From NCBI RefSeq assembly GCF_030028105.1, contig NC_092381.1, positions 73,186,505 to 73,250,504 of the forward strand: a stretch of 64,000 nt of DNA, in the 5' to 3' direction. The position numbers and the translations under genes are program-made. A model generated the notes under the pieces. That model saw nothing but the letters and a program-made list of their open reading frames with translations. It did not search any database and had not been told where the DNA came from. This document shows, one piece after another, positions 55,601-62,114 of this stretch (position 1 is the first letter of the stretch; each line of letters opens with the position of its first letter). The DNA comes from Mobula birostris. Taxonomy: Eukaryota.

Positions 55601-58600
55601 GCAAGGATTGTACAGAGAGACATCAAGGAGTGAATGAAGCAGAAGCGGGAATATGCGTGGCTGGAGTTGGGCTCGGACCCTGGACTTAGACTGGAACTCA
55701 GGGCCTGGGCTTGGCATAGGACTCGGGACCTGGACTTGGACTTGGACTTGGACTTGGACTGGGACTTGGAACTTGGGACCCCGACTTGGACTCGGACAGG
55801 GACTTGTAACTCAGGACCCAGGCTTTAACTTGGACAGGGACTTGGAACTCGGGACCCAGACTTGGAACTTGGAACATCGGAGCCTGGACTTGGAACTTGG
55901 AACATCTAAACACAGAGCCGGGACTCTTCCTTGGACACAGGACACAGAGCAAGGACTCTTCCTTGGATACAGGACACAGAACACAGAACATGAAGAGACA
56001 GTTCCCCACTTAGGGTAGCGGCAAACAGTCGGACCTACCCAGTGGAGATGAACATATGAAGAGACAATTCCCAACTCAGGGTAGCAGCAAACAGCCGGAC
56101 CTACCCTGCAGAGGCGAGGACACAAAGAGACAGTTGCCAACTCAAGGTAGCAGCAAACAGCTGGACCTACCCATTGGAGACGAGGACACGAAGAGACAAG
56201 ACCACACAATGATAGACAGTTCTTTTATCTTGGCACGAAGTGGCTCCGAGTAGCGGCAAGCTCTCGATTTGGCCCCGGAACTACAGACAGCGGCTCTAGC
56301 CTCACTCTAGCAGGTTAACTTGATGGACCCACTCTGGCGAGGTAGCTTAGTGGCTCGCTCAGGCGAGGTAACTTCACAGGCTGGCTCTGGCGAGGAGAGG
56401 CGACTTACTGGCACTTGCTTCGGGGAGAAGACTTGACTTGCTCCAGCGATGTGACTTGCTCACACTTACTTCAGTGACGTGAGGTGACGTCGGCTGACGG
56501 TCTAGCACTGAGTAGCTGAAAGCCAACACTATATACTGCCTGTTCAGCTGAGAATCAAGTGCCTTTAATTACAGAGCCCAAGAAACACAGGGACACAATG
56601 AATTAAAGGAAAACAAGGAGTCAACGGTCCCGATCACGACAAAAAGGAAATTTAAAGGGAACCAGGGAATAAGCGATCCGGTCCGTGAGAAGGACAGGAT
56701 GTTTAGGACTGAGAAAAGAGAGCTTTCTCCATTCAGAATTCTCTTCCCAGGAGACCAGTGGAGACTGAATCACTGAATTTACTCAAACGATGTTTGAGAG
56801 ATTTCTGGATATCAAGAAAGTCAAAGAAAGTGCAGGAATTGCACTGAAATGGATCAGTGATGATCTTGCTAAATTACAGAGCGACTTCAGAGGGTCAGAT
56901 GTCCTACAGCTGCTACTATTTGGGTTCTTATTTGAACTTTCTCTGTCCGTAAGTTTTGCTGGCTAACTGTATTTTGGCCAGTGGAGAAATCAGTGTTTGT
57001 GTGATTGATAGAGAAATTAGAGATTCAGAAATTGGATGACCCTGCAGTTACCTGTTCTCATTGTGACCGAAGGACTTTCAGCAGAGTCACAGGTGTCATC
57101 GTGCGCAAGGACTGTGACGGTGTAGGTCTCTCCACAGGACAGGTCAGTGATGTCACACAGCGTATCGTTGGCGCTGCATTGCTGCACGTCGCCTCCTACT
57201 GCAGTGGCAATGTATGATGATGCACCTTCACTGAACTCCCAGGAGACTGACAGAAATCCAGCATCACAGTCCATGTAAGCATTGACATTCTGGGGGACAC
57301 ACGGTACTGCAAGAAGGAAAAACATAACATGAAACTACTGTAGCGTCATAACTGTATGATGCAAAAAAGTACACAATTCCTCACTGTGTGTAGAATTTAT
57401 TATTATATATAGGTTTCCTGACATTACCTGTTTTAACTGCCACAGCAGAGCTGTGTGAGCTGTCACACTCCATGCGGACTGCCTGTACAGTTATGTAGTA
57501 ATACAGTCCACAGTACACATCAGAGACCTCACATTCAGTGCCTGTTGTATTGCAGGAGGCCCAGTGGCCATTGGTCCCTTGTGCTGTTACGTGGTATGAC
57601 TCTGAGCCATTGCTGGGATCCCAAGACACTGAGACAGTGTTATTCTCGCAGTTGATGTGAGCTACCACATTCTGTGGGATACAAGGTGCTGTACAAGAGA
57701 GAAAGGATAAATTAAAATACATCACAATACAGAATTGAAATGAGTAATGCAATAGAGGTTTCAACTTGATTAGAACCTGTTGATCAACAGCTGAATAGTT
57801 GAGTTTATGGTACAGATTTACTAGCAATTATCAATAAACAAATGCAAGTTATAATTCATGTTGCACAGTCAATACTGATTCCTACTTAGGACTTAGTAAC
57901 CACAATGGCTATAGTTTTACCTGTCTCAGTTGTAAAAGCTGGGCTTGGTAAACTGGTGCAATTCTCGTCCATTGCTAACACAGTTACACTGTACATCTGG
58001 CCACATGAAAGTCCTGTGACCTCACAGTTTGCTTCTGTTGTATTGCATGAATATCTGTCTCCTTCCATTCCTTCTGCCATGGCAGTGTAGACCACTGCCC
58101 CCTCACTCTGGTCCCACCATACCGACGTTATGTGTGTTGCACAGTCCAAATAAGCATTGACATTCCGGGGACTGCAAGGGGCTGAAATTGTTTGAGAAAC
58201 AAGGTAGATAAAGGCACTGTCAGAACGGTATTGAAAAATCAAGTTTGGTTACAAAGAAGTAGCATCGGAAATTGATTAAAATAAATTCAATGTGATTATT
58301 ATAATTATCATGATAAATAGTAGGAAAATATCAAAAACTGGAAAAAAAACTGTTTTAGTGAACAGTAAAATAATTTAAAATCATGTAGAGTTACTGCCAA
58401 TTGGGACTGACCGTCAACATGTTATCTTGAAAAATCTAACATTCTGATGATTATACAAAGGGACTGTAGTTAGTGTAATTTGTTTCCCAAATATTTGATT
58501 ATGTTTCTCAAAAGGAACATTCAGGAGTATACGTATATGTATTTTGGTTACTCCAATAGTGATGAGTTGAATGTGGCCAATCCAGGAACCAAAAATGAAT

Positions 58601-61600
58601 GGACCTTTGCTTTTAAATAGACAATATTTGTGAATGCAAAATGCTAGATATTCTGAAAACCTGAACTTGAAACAGAGAAATGAAGAAAGACTTGGCACTT
58701 GAAGGAAGGTAAAATGATCTAACATCTTGTACAGCTATGTATCATATGGATTCTCATAGTAATATTTATTATAGTAAAAGACCAGAAGACCATAAGACAA
58801 AGGAGCAGAAGTCAGCCATTCGGCCCATCGAGTCTGCTCCACCATTTTATCATGAGCTGATCCATTCTCCTATTTAGTCCCACTCCCCCGCCTTCTCACC
58901 ATAACCTTTGATGCCCTGGCTACTCAGACACCTATCAATCTCTGCCTTAAATACACCCAATGACTTGGCCTCCACTGCTGCCCGTGGCAACAAATTCCAT
59001 AGATTCACCACCCTCTGACTAAAAAAATTTCTTCGCATTTCTGTTCTGAAAGGGCGCCCTTCAATCCTAAAGTCATGCCCTCTCGTACTAGACTCCCCCA
59101 TCATGGGAAACAACTTTGCCACATCCACTCTGTCCATGCCTTTCAACATTCAAAATGTTTCTATGAGGTCTCCCCTCATTCTTCTAAACTCCAAGGAATA
59201 CAGTCCAAGAGCGGACAAACGTTCCTCATATGTTATCCCTCTCATTCCCGGAATCATTCTAGTGAATCTTCTCTGTACCCTCTCTAATGTCAGCACATCC
59301 TTTCTTAAATAAGGAGACTAAAACTGCCCACAGTACTCCAAGTGAGGTCTCACCAGCGCCTTATAGAGCCTCAACATCACATCCCTGCTCCTATCCTCTA
59401 TTCCTCTAGAAATGAATGCCAACAGTAAAAGTGACAGATGTCAGTAATTACACAAAGCAACAGCATGTTCAAAAGCATTGTGGTGGAGGATAGGAATTAA
59501 TTAGACCTCTGGCTAAGGAAGAAATGAAGACCCAGCAAGGTCACCTGATGGAGGACAGATATTAATAGATTGTACATACATGGATGAACCGCCTTTGAAT
59601 TTATCATAAGAACATAATAATAGAAGCATGATCAAAGGTAAGAGAGGCCACAAGATTCCTCAAGGGTGTTCAACCTATTCAAAAGTTCCTGGCTAAATCT
59701 GTATCCATTAAATAGGGGCCATGGACAATTCTGATTTGATGGAGACAGACGTGAAAGCATAGAGGAGCATCTGGAGAAATTTCTGAAATGCAAGTTTGCT
59801 GCTGTTGTTACTGCGCGATCGAGAATCTTCCGGAGGGAAGGCCTCAAAATCCCCGGCTTTGCCTGCTGTTGGCGACTGAGATTGAGGTCGAATCGCTCGG
59901 ATAGAGATGGTGCTTGGTACTCAGTGTCGGAGAGCTGTTCTGAGGCTCGAAGTTTTCGGATGACTCAGATTCGGACCGTGGTCGGGTATGGCAGGGAGAG
60001 TTTTTCTTCCTTCTCCTGTCTGTGATAGATGTGGGACATTTGAGAAACTTTGAACTTTTTACTGTGCTCATGGACTGTTCTTCATCAAGTTATGGTATTG
60101 TTGCACTGTTGTAACTATATGTTATAATTATGTGGTTTTGTTAGTTTTTTCAGTCTTGATCTGTCCTGTGTTTTGTGATATCACACAGGAGGAAATATTG
60201 TATCATTTCTTAATGCATGTATTACTAAATGACAATAAAAGAGGACTGCGTGTCTTCATAATCTAAAAATCAAGTCCCAATTCCCACCCTACCCCATATC
60301 CTTTGATGTTCTTTGTATTCAAAAATCTATCAGTCACAGTCAATGGACTGAGCATTCACAGTTCTGTGGTACAGGTCCTCTTAAACGAAGTTTCTCCTCA
60401 TTCCTTGAGATTTGTCCTGTTTCCAGACTGTCCGGTCTTAGGAAATAACCTTTCAGCTTTACCCTGTTAAATCCTCTGAAGAAAGCAAAGACAGAAAAGG
60501 ACTGAACGTACTAGAAATAAACCAAACACTTGCTTCAAAGAAGTGCATAGAGAGTCATAACATGATACCATAAAGGCAGACCCAGGGCAACTAGACTGAA
60601 CATAACATAAAGAGTGAGCAAGAATTTAACTCTCGCATCATTCAATGTGAATGTTTCTGCCTGTTAGCTAACAGGTAATATATCTGAGTGAGGCTCTCAA
60701 AATTTGGATAAAATTTGTTTATTTGGATAATCAGTAAAACATGTCACTCTTACTAATCAGGCCCAAATCATTGAACAGCTGATTATATATCGAAGTACCA
60801 AAGCAAAAATGTATCAATGATTTAGGCTGTGCCCATGATGTCCTTTAGATCAGGGGTTCCCAATGTTTTTTTGTGCTCTGGACCCCTACCATTAACAAAG
60901 GGGTCCATGAATCCCTTGCTTTAGAGTCATAGAGAACTACAACACAGGAACAGGCCCTTCATCCAATCTAATCCATGCCGAGCTGTCATTCTGTCTAGTA
61001 CCATCGATCCACACCTGGACCATAGCCCTTCACATCTCTCCCATCCAAAATTCTCTTAAGTGTTGCAGTCAAACCCGCATCCGCCACTTCCACTGGTAAC
61101 TTGTTCAACACTCTCACCACCCTTTGAGTGAAGAAGCTCCTCCTCAAGTTGCCCTTAGATATTTCACCTTTCACCCTTAACCTATGACCTCTAGTTCTAG
61201 TCCCACCTGGCTTCTGTGGAAAAAGCCTGCTGGCATTTAGTCTATCTGTACCCCTCATAATTTTGTATACCTTGATCAAATCTCCCCTCATGTATGGGAA
61301 AATTAGTAAATGAAAAACGAAGAAAGGCATGGAACAGGATAAATCTGTGAAATTCATTTTGTGCTGCTCTGTTGGCACGCACATAATGAGTGTAGTCTCT
61401 TCAGTTCTGTTCTAACGTCGTAGCGTCAACTGACCTAAGGGAAACAACATATCAATAACGTAGGGAAATTCGATATTTAGACATGAGTACAAAACCCGTA
61501 GCTGTAAGAATATCAACTTTCTCATCACTTATTATTCTGGTTTCTTGTTGTTTGGAGTGTTAACTAGAGAGGGAAATGGATGTTTTTCAGAATGACTTTA

Positions 61601-62114
61601 ATGGATAGTAATAAATGATTTGATCAGAAGAGATTGAACTGATCACATTGGAACAACACCTTATCTGAGTAAAACTTAAACCAAGTTATTGCAGTTCACT
61701 CGAGCATTATGTCCATGCATCAGTACTTAATGGCATTCAACTTAGCAAGTTAATAAGCTTCTGTACTAGTTTAATAAACAAACAAATAAATAAATAAATC
61801 TTATTGATTTTCTCGAATGCAATGTGCCACAGGTCAGTAAAACAATGAGTTACCTGTCTGAATGTTAACCACTGAGCTCAGAGAATGGTTGCAAGTGCTG
61901 TCAGATGCTGCAACATACACAGAATATAACTGGCCACAGAGTAACAGAGGTGTTCTACATGATGTTCCTGATGTTCTACATGATACAATGTTTCCATCAG
62001 CTCCTTCTGCAAAGGCAGTGTACCACAGTGCTCCTCTACTGTAGTCCCACAACACCAGAGCTGTATTGAGGTTACAATCCAGTTGTACTTCAACATTCTG
62101 TGGCTCACAGGGGA
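1..62114 (-). CDS. FNDC7-like: Giant multi-exon FNDC7-like protein (tandem Cys-rich fibronectin type III modules); internal part only, 39 coding exons in window
   Basis: Repeated 85-87 aa modules with motif PCxPxNx..DC....VxW....GA..Y...AEG..G....C.T....C....LxCGxxYxxxVxA....C.S..S......T (FN3 Trp and Tyr-corner, FNDC7-type cysteines). All exons are AG|..|GT bounded and phase 1. No start or stop seen, so the gene extends beyond both ends. Confidence 0.85.
216..476 (-). CDS. Exon M3, unit U5 (261 nt)
   Basis: AG/GT bounded; VPCIPQNVVAHINCENN...AVKA. Confidence 0.9.
745..1545 (-). mobile_element. 5'-truncated CR1-clade LINE fragment
   Basis: Tail cataagtcataggagcagaattaggccattcagcccatc and decayed RT C-terminal region; homologous to 35460-35930 and 58781-59423. 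Confidence 0.75.
1924..2184 (-). CDS. Exon M2, unit U5 (261 nt)
   Basis: AG/GT bounded; APCSPQNVSAHLDCGKYTTSVWWEES...EIQT. Confidence 0.9.
2540..2694 (-). mobile_element. tRNA-derived SINE
   Basis: Minus strand A box TGGCGCAGTGG and B box GAGTTCGAATCC, then ACGCTTTCCATCCGTGCCGGGTTGAG; homologues at 36440-36630 and 49990-50235. Confidence 0.7.
3172..3432 (-). CDS. Exon M1, unit U5 (261 nt)
   Basis: AG/GT bounded; VPCDPQNVKVQLDCNLNTALVLWDDS...EIQT. Confidence 0.9.
4510..5150. mobile_element. Old Penelope-like inverted terminal remnants
   Basis: Decayed cagcatctgtggagagggaaacagagttaacg...ttcatcagaa with an inverted counterpart near 5040-5150. Confidence 0.45.
5376..5660. repeat. 57-bp minisatellite, 5 copies
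   Basis: Unit cattgaacatcaaagggaggtaatcaggtcctcttgttgcagatggtcagtgcctgg starts at 5376, 5433, 5490, 5547 and 5604. Confidence 0.95.
7508..7768 (-). CDS. Exon M9, unit U4 (261 nt)
   Basis: AG/GT bounded; APCIPENLTAELNCDLSTISFWWDET...NVHS. Confidence 0.9.
7860..8120 (-). CDS. Exon M8, unit U4 (261 nt)
   Basis: AG/GT bounded; APCAPDEIIANVDCNSNR...HIHSHNTTETHHEM...QIQT. Confidence 0.9.
8265..8393 (-). mobile_element. Penelope-like terminal fragment
   Basis: ctgcagatgctg...ggaactcagcaggtcaggcagcatc...gggccaagacc, same family as 43866 and 54827. Confidence 0.7.
9170..9424 (-). CDS. Exon M7, unit U4 (255 nt)
   Basis: AG/GT bounded; VPCPPQNVQADCDGVTAFVSW...EIHT. Confidence 0.9.
10100..11320 (+). 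mobile_element. Cluster of SINE and CR1 3'-end fragments
   Basis: RGDLIEIYKIMKAVDKV (CR1 RT C-terminus) at 10990-11040; CR1-type tails gaagggcc...gtttctgtgctgt at 10200, 10480, 10735 and 11285. Confidence 0.65.
12196..12456 (-). CDS. Exon M6, unit U4 (261 nt)
   Basis: AG/GT bounded; APCAPDNISINLDCDTRSTSVTWAK...ETET. Confidence 0.9.
12655..13235 (+). mobile_element. Penelope-like element 3' fragment (GIY-YIG C-terminus plus terminal repeat)
   Basis: Encodes decayed SDMSVYSLFYCHNEAALRLEEQHLI...QPNNMNI, then a pyrimidine-rich tract, CTGATGA...GAAAC motif and the common terminus. Confidence 0.75.
13446..13706 (-). CDS. Exon M5, unit U4 (261 nt)
   Basis: AG/GT bounded; VSCIPQNLDVHVDCDTND...FEFST. 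Confidence 0.9.
13859..14348. mobile_element. Tc1/mariner-type MITE
   Basis: Imperfect TIRs cactcagtggccattttaatag ... ccaataaagtggccaatga. Confidence 0.7.
14365..15245 (+). mobile_element. Decayed CR1 LINE RT 3' fragment
   Basis: ggagagtgcaaaagaggttcaccagaatgttgcc (ERVQKRFTRMLP-like). Confidence 0.75.
15517..15771 (-). CDS. Exon M4, unit U4 (255 nt)
   Basis: AG/GT bounded; VPCPPQNVDAHMDCDSGHMSVSW...TVRT. Confidence 0.9.
15878..16138 (-). CDS. Exon M3, unit U4 (261 nt)
   Basis: AG/GT bounded; VPCIPQNVVAHINCENN...AVKT. Confidence 0.9.
16403..17378. mobile_element. Tigger/pogo-like non-autonomous DNA transposon carrying a nested Penelope palindrome
   Basis: TA|cagtggattctggttaattgg ... ccaattaaccagaatctgtgg|TA inverted termini. 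Confidence 0.7.
16999..17141. mobile_element. Short fold-back Penelope-derived insertion
   Basis: Flanked by direct repeat ATTCCTCCATT (16988-16998, 17142-17152); internal palindrome atctatggaaaaaaatacagtc / gactgtacttttttccatagat. Confidence 0.75.
17755..18015 (-). CDS. Exon M2, unit U4 (261 nt)
   Basis: AG/GT bounded; APCSPQNVSAHLDCATHS...EIQT. Confidence 0.9.
18948..19208 (-). CDS. Exon M1, unit U4 (261 nt)
   Basis: AG/GT bounded; VPCDPQNVEVQLDCNLN...WDHSEGALCY...EIQT. Confidence 0.9.
19320..19960 (+). mobile_element. Highly decayed CR1-like remnant
   Basis: gagagggtgcaggggagatttaatagga and tttttacacaag motifs. Confidence 0.45.
21321..21581 (-). CDS. Exon M9, unit U3 (261 nt)
   Basis: AG/GT bounded; APCIPENLTAELNCDLNT...NVHS. 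Confidence 0.9.
21679..21939 (-). CDS. Exon M8, unit U3 (261 nt)
   Basis: AG/GT bounded; APCAPDEIIANVDCNFNR...QIQT. Confidence 0.9.
22400..22710 (+). mobile_element. LINE 3' fragment (Rex/RTE-like)
   Basis: aacagcttcttcccctctgccatcagatttctgaatgg and tail gccagtgatattaaacctgattctga; similar to 44660-44940. Confidence 0.6.
23254..23508 (-). CDS. Exon M7, unit U3 (255 nt)
   Basis: AG/GT bounded; APCPPQNVQTVCASVTAFVTW...EIRT. Confidence 0.9.
23905..24230. mobile_element. Old Penelope-like inverted pair
   Basis: ctgcagatgctgtaaatctgaaataaaa...ggtcaggcagcatctgtgg with a decayed inverted arm at 24120-24230. Confidence 0.5.
24233..24908 (-). mobile_element. Tigger/pogo deletion derivative with CENP-B-type HTH transposase remnant
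   Basis: TA|CAGGTTGAGTACCCCT ... AGAGGTACTCAACCTG|TA; ORF 24412-24693 EYSAGWLQKFEKRHGIKFLKICGDKA. Confidence 0.9.
26417..26677 (-). CDS. Exon M6, unit U3 (261 nt)
   Basis: AG/GT bounded; APCAPDNISTSLDCDTRS...QAKT. Confidence 0.9.
28045..28370 (-). mobile_element. CR1 LINE 3' fragment
   Basis: MRGVDRVNASRLFP...TRGHGLRV...FFTQRVVRVWNELP. Confidence 0.9.
28556..28816 (-). CDS. Exon M5, unit U3 (261 nt)
   Basis: AG/GT bounded; VSCIPQNLDVHVDC...FKFNT. Confidence 0.9.
29019..29273 (-). CDS. Exon M4, unit U3 (255 nt)
   Basis: AG/GT bounded; VPCVPQNVNAYMDCDAGFL...TMKT. Confidence 0.9.
29389..29649 (-). CDS. Exon M3, unit U3 (261 nt)
   Basis: AG/GT bounded; APCIPQNVVGHINCENN...AVKA. Confidence 0.9.
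29838..30098 (-). CDS. Exon M2, unit U3 (261 nt)
   Basis: AG/GT bounded; APCRPQNVSTYLNCATHT...EIQT. Confidence 0.9.
30954..31214 (-). CDS. Exon M1, unit U3 (261 nt)
   Basis: Hand-translated, open frame (not in the ORF track in this frame); VPCEPQNVTVQLDCNLNTALVLWDYSKGALWY...EIQT. Confidence 0.9.
32151..32383 (-). pseudogene. Degenerate pseudo-exon of module M9, unit U2
   Basis: Aligns to intact M9 (tctcctgcagatgt, gatttgagcccttgtatcacttgt, ttagattctcag) at the expected position about 97 nt from M8. Acceptor AG->AA, donor GT lost, about 28 nt net deletion. Confidence 0.85.
32481..32741 (-). CDS. Exon M8, unit U2 (261 nt)
   Basis: AG/GT bounded; APCAPDEIVANVDCNSNR...QIQT. Confidence 0.9.
35460..35930 (-). 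mobile_element. CR1 3' fragment interrupted by an opposite-strand CR1 tail (about 35503-35661)
   Basis: Homology to 745-1080; the insert ends in (ttctatgt)n. Confidence 0.7.
36440..36630 (-). mobile_element. tRNA-derived SINE ending about 15 nt from the U2-M7 donor site
   Basis: Minus strand TGGTGTAGTGG ... GGTTCGAATC ... acgctttccatc. Confidence 0.65.
36645..36899 (-). CDS. Exon M7, unit U2 (255 nt)
   Basis: AG/GT bounded; APCPPQNVHADGVGVTAFVTW...EIHT. Confidence 0.9.
37375..37635 (-). CDS. Exon M6, unit U2 (261 nt)
   Basis: AG/GT bounded; APCAPEHTSTSLDCDTRS...ETET. Confidence 0.9.
38324..38584 (-). CDS. Exon M5, unit U2 (261 nt)
   Basis: AG/GT bounded; VCCIPQNLDVHVDC...FEFST. Confidence 0.9.
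38779..39033 (-). CDS. Exon M4, unit U2 (255 nt)
   Basis: AG/GT bounded; VPCVPQNVNAYMDCDAGFL...TVKT. Confidence 0.9.
39149..39409 (-). CDS. Exon M3, unit U2 (261 nt)
   Basis: AG/GT bounded; VPCIPQNVVAHINCENN...WASWNTT...AVKT. Confidence 0.9.
39778..40038 (-). CDS. Exon M2, unit U2 (261 nt)
   Basis: AG/GT bounded; APCSPQNVSAHLDCATHA...NIET. Confidence 0.9.
40302..40562 (-). CDS. Exon M1, unit U2 (261 nt)
   Basis: Hand-translated, open frame; VPCEPQNVTVQLDCNLNTALVLWDYSKGALWYNAVAEG...EIQA. Confidence 0.9.
41075..42057 (-). mobile_element. Second Tigger/pogo derivative (same family as 24233) with a nested CR1 tail at about 41235-41380
   Basis: TA|CAGGTTGAGCACCCCTTATC ... GATAAGGGGTGCTCAAAC; internal homology to 24330-24900. 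Confidence 0.85.
42551..42811 (-). CDS. Exon M9, unit U1 (261 nt)
   Basis: AG/GT bounded; APCIPENLTAELNCDLNT...NVHS. Confidence 0.9.
42916..43176 (-). CDS. Exon M8, unit U1 (261 nt)
   Basis: AG/GT bounded; ASCAPNEIVAEVDCNSSK...QIQT. Confidence 0.9.
43866..44425 (-). mobile_element. Young 5'-truncated Penelope-like element
   Basis: Direct repeat CCGTGGTC (43858-43865, 44426-44433); GIY-YIG C-terminal remnant (RLEEQHLIF), hammerhead-like motif and terminus. Confidence 0.8.
43976..44013 (-). ncRNA. Minimal type I hammerhead ribozyme motif (one core substitution)
   Basis: AGTC-CTGACAA-AGGGTCTCGGCCC-GAAAC-GTC-GACT; consensus core CUGANGA carries G->A. Confidence 0.65.
45025..45620 (-). mobile_element. 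LINE 3' fragment (Rex/Babar-like)
   Basis: ARTSRLKNSFIPQ remnant; tail motif aaatatctttatcgtcattgca. Confidence 0.6.
47409..47663 (-). CDS. Exon M7, unit U1 (255 nt)
   Basis: AG/GT bounded; APCPPQNVHADGVGVTAFVTW...EIQT. Confidence 0.9.
48197..48389. mobile_element. Fold-back Penelope-derived insertion with 14-bp target duplication
   Basis: GAAAGAAATTTGGT at 48183-48196 and 48390-48403; inverted arms of about 55 bp. Confidence 0.85.
49080..49865. mobile_element. Nested inverted Penelope-derived elements
   Basis: Inner arms about 49240-49370 and 49650-49768 are reverse complements; older outer arms at 49080-49155 and 49770-49865. Confidence 0.8.
49715..49752 (+). ncRNA. Minimal hammerhead ribozyme motif (core mutated)
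   Basis: CAGTC-CTGCAGA-AGGGTCTCGGCCC-GAAAC-GTC-GACTG; helix I CAGTC/GACTG intact. Confidence 0.6.
49990..50235 (-). mobile_element. tRNA-derived SINE with adjacent (GTGC/GT)-rich simple repeat (49912-49982)
   Basis: Minus strand TGGCACAATGA ... GGGTTCGAAAC ... acgctttccatccgtgctgggttgag. Confidence 0.65.
50613..50870 (-). CDS. Exon M6, unit U1 (258 nt, one codon shorter)
   Basis: AG/GT bounded; APCVVKYISTNLDCDTRS...CQSISTIVETKT. Confidence 0.88.
51640..52180 (-). mobile_element. Tx1/L1-like LINE fragment
   Basis: SVEERCRPAHHRLQEYVLRDTLKFGADTTRAQWEK resembles a Tx1 ORF2 C-terminus. Confidence 0.55.
52613..53208. mobile_element. Composite element with two short Tc1-like palindromic MITE units (52613-52730, 53139-53208)
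   Basis: cagtactgtacaaaagtctt ... aagacttttgcgtagtactg and cagtattgtgcaaaagcctt ... aagacgtttgcgcagtactg. Confidence 0.7.
52642..52695. repeat. (CA)n microsatellite
   Basis: About 27 CA units. Confidence 0.98.
54472..54732 (-). CDS. Exon M5, unit U1 (261 nt)
   Basis: AG/GT bounded; VSCIPQNLDVHVDC...LEFET. Confidence 0.9.
54827..55185 (-). mobile_element. Penelope-like terminal fragment with 10-bp target duplication
   Basis: AATTAGTACC at 54817-54826 and 55186-55195. Confidence 0.8.
55497..56690. mobile_element. Probable solo LTR inserted in a decayed CR1; contains (GGACTT)n and internal repeats
   Basis: 5-bp duplication AGGAC (55492-55496, 56691-56695); termini TGTCATGA...CCGTGAGA (near TG..CA inverted ends). 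Confidence 0.7.
57052..57306 (-). CDS. Exon M4, unit U1 (255 nt)
   Basis: AG/GT bounded; VPCVPQNVNAYMDCDAGFL...TMRT. Confidence 0.9.
57428..57688 (-). CDS. Exon M3, unit U1 (261 nt)
   Basis: AG/GT bounded; APCIPQNVVAHINCENN...AVKT. Confidence 0.9.
57921..58181 (-). CDS. Exon M2, unit U1 (261 nt)
   Basis: AG/GT bounded; APCSPRNVNAYLDCATHI...TTET. Confidence 0.9.
58781..59423 (-). mobile_element. Young CR1 LINE 3' fragment
   Basis: Intact-looking MLKGMDRVDVAKLFP...TRGH...FFSQRVVNLWN; duplication AGTAAAAG at 58773-58780 and 59424-59431. Confidence 0.9.
59795..60265 (+). mobile_element. Interspersed repeat, probable LINE/SINE 3' end
   Basis: CpG-rich block ending ...gacaataaaagaggactgcgtgtcttcataatctaa; family assignment uncertain. 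Confidence 0.4.
60922..61292 (-). mobile_element. CR1 LINE 3' fragment
   Basis: MRGDLIKVYKIMRGTDRLNASRLFP...FFTQRVVRV. Confidence 0.9.
61854..62114 (-). CDS. Exon M1, unit U1 (261 nt)
   Basis: AG/GT bounded; VPCEPQNVEVQLDCNLN...NIQT. Confidence 0.9.

Noticed and set aside
55634-56253. Low-complexity ORFs (DLDLDL, WTWTWT, PSPSPS)
   Set aside because: Translations of the (GGACTT)n tract inside the LTR-like insert.
243-57655. Recurrent plus-strand and alternative-frame ORFs (MSCYTPCGLPVQL..., MGIISLLNVTYRF..., SHRMSKYNWIV...)
   Set aside because: They are antisense or frame-shifted shadows of the repeated exons.
1-62114. Tandem array of separate small genes, or V-segment-like rearranging cassettes
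   Set aside because: Each segment has phase-1 AG/GT boundaries, no leader, start or stop, and no flanking 12/23 RSS. The cacagtg and cactgtg hits I noticed are inside coding sequence.
1-62114. Assembly artefact (false duplication)
   Set aside because: Long introns are unique to each unit with different TE content, and exons carry copy-specific substitutions. Local polishing errors cannot be excluded without reads.
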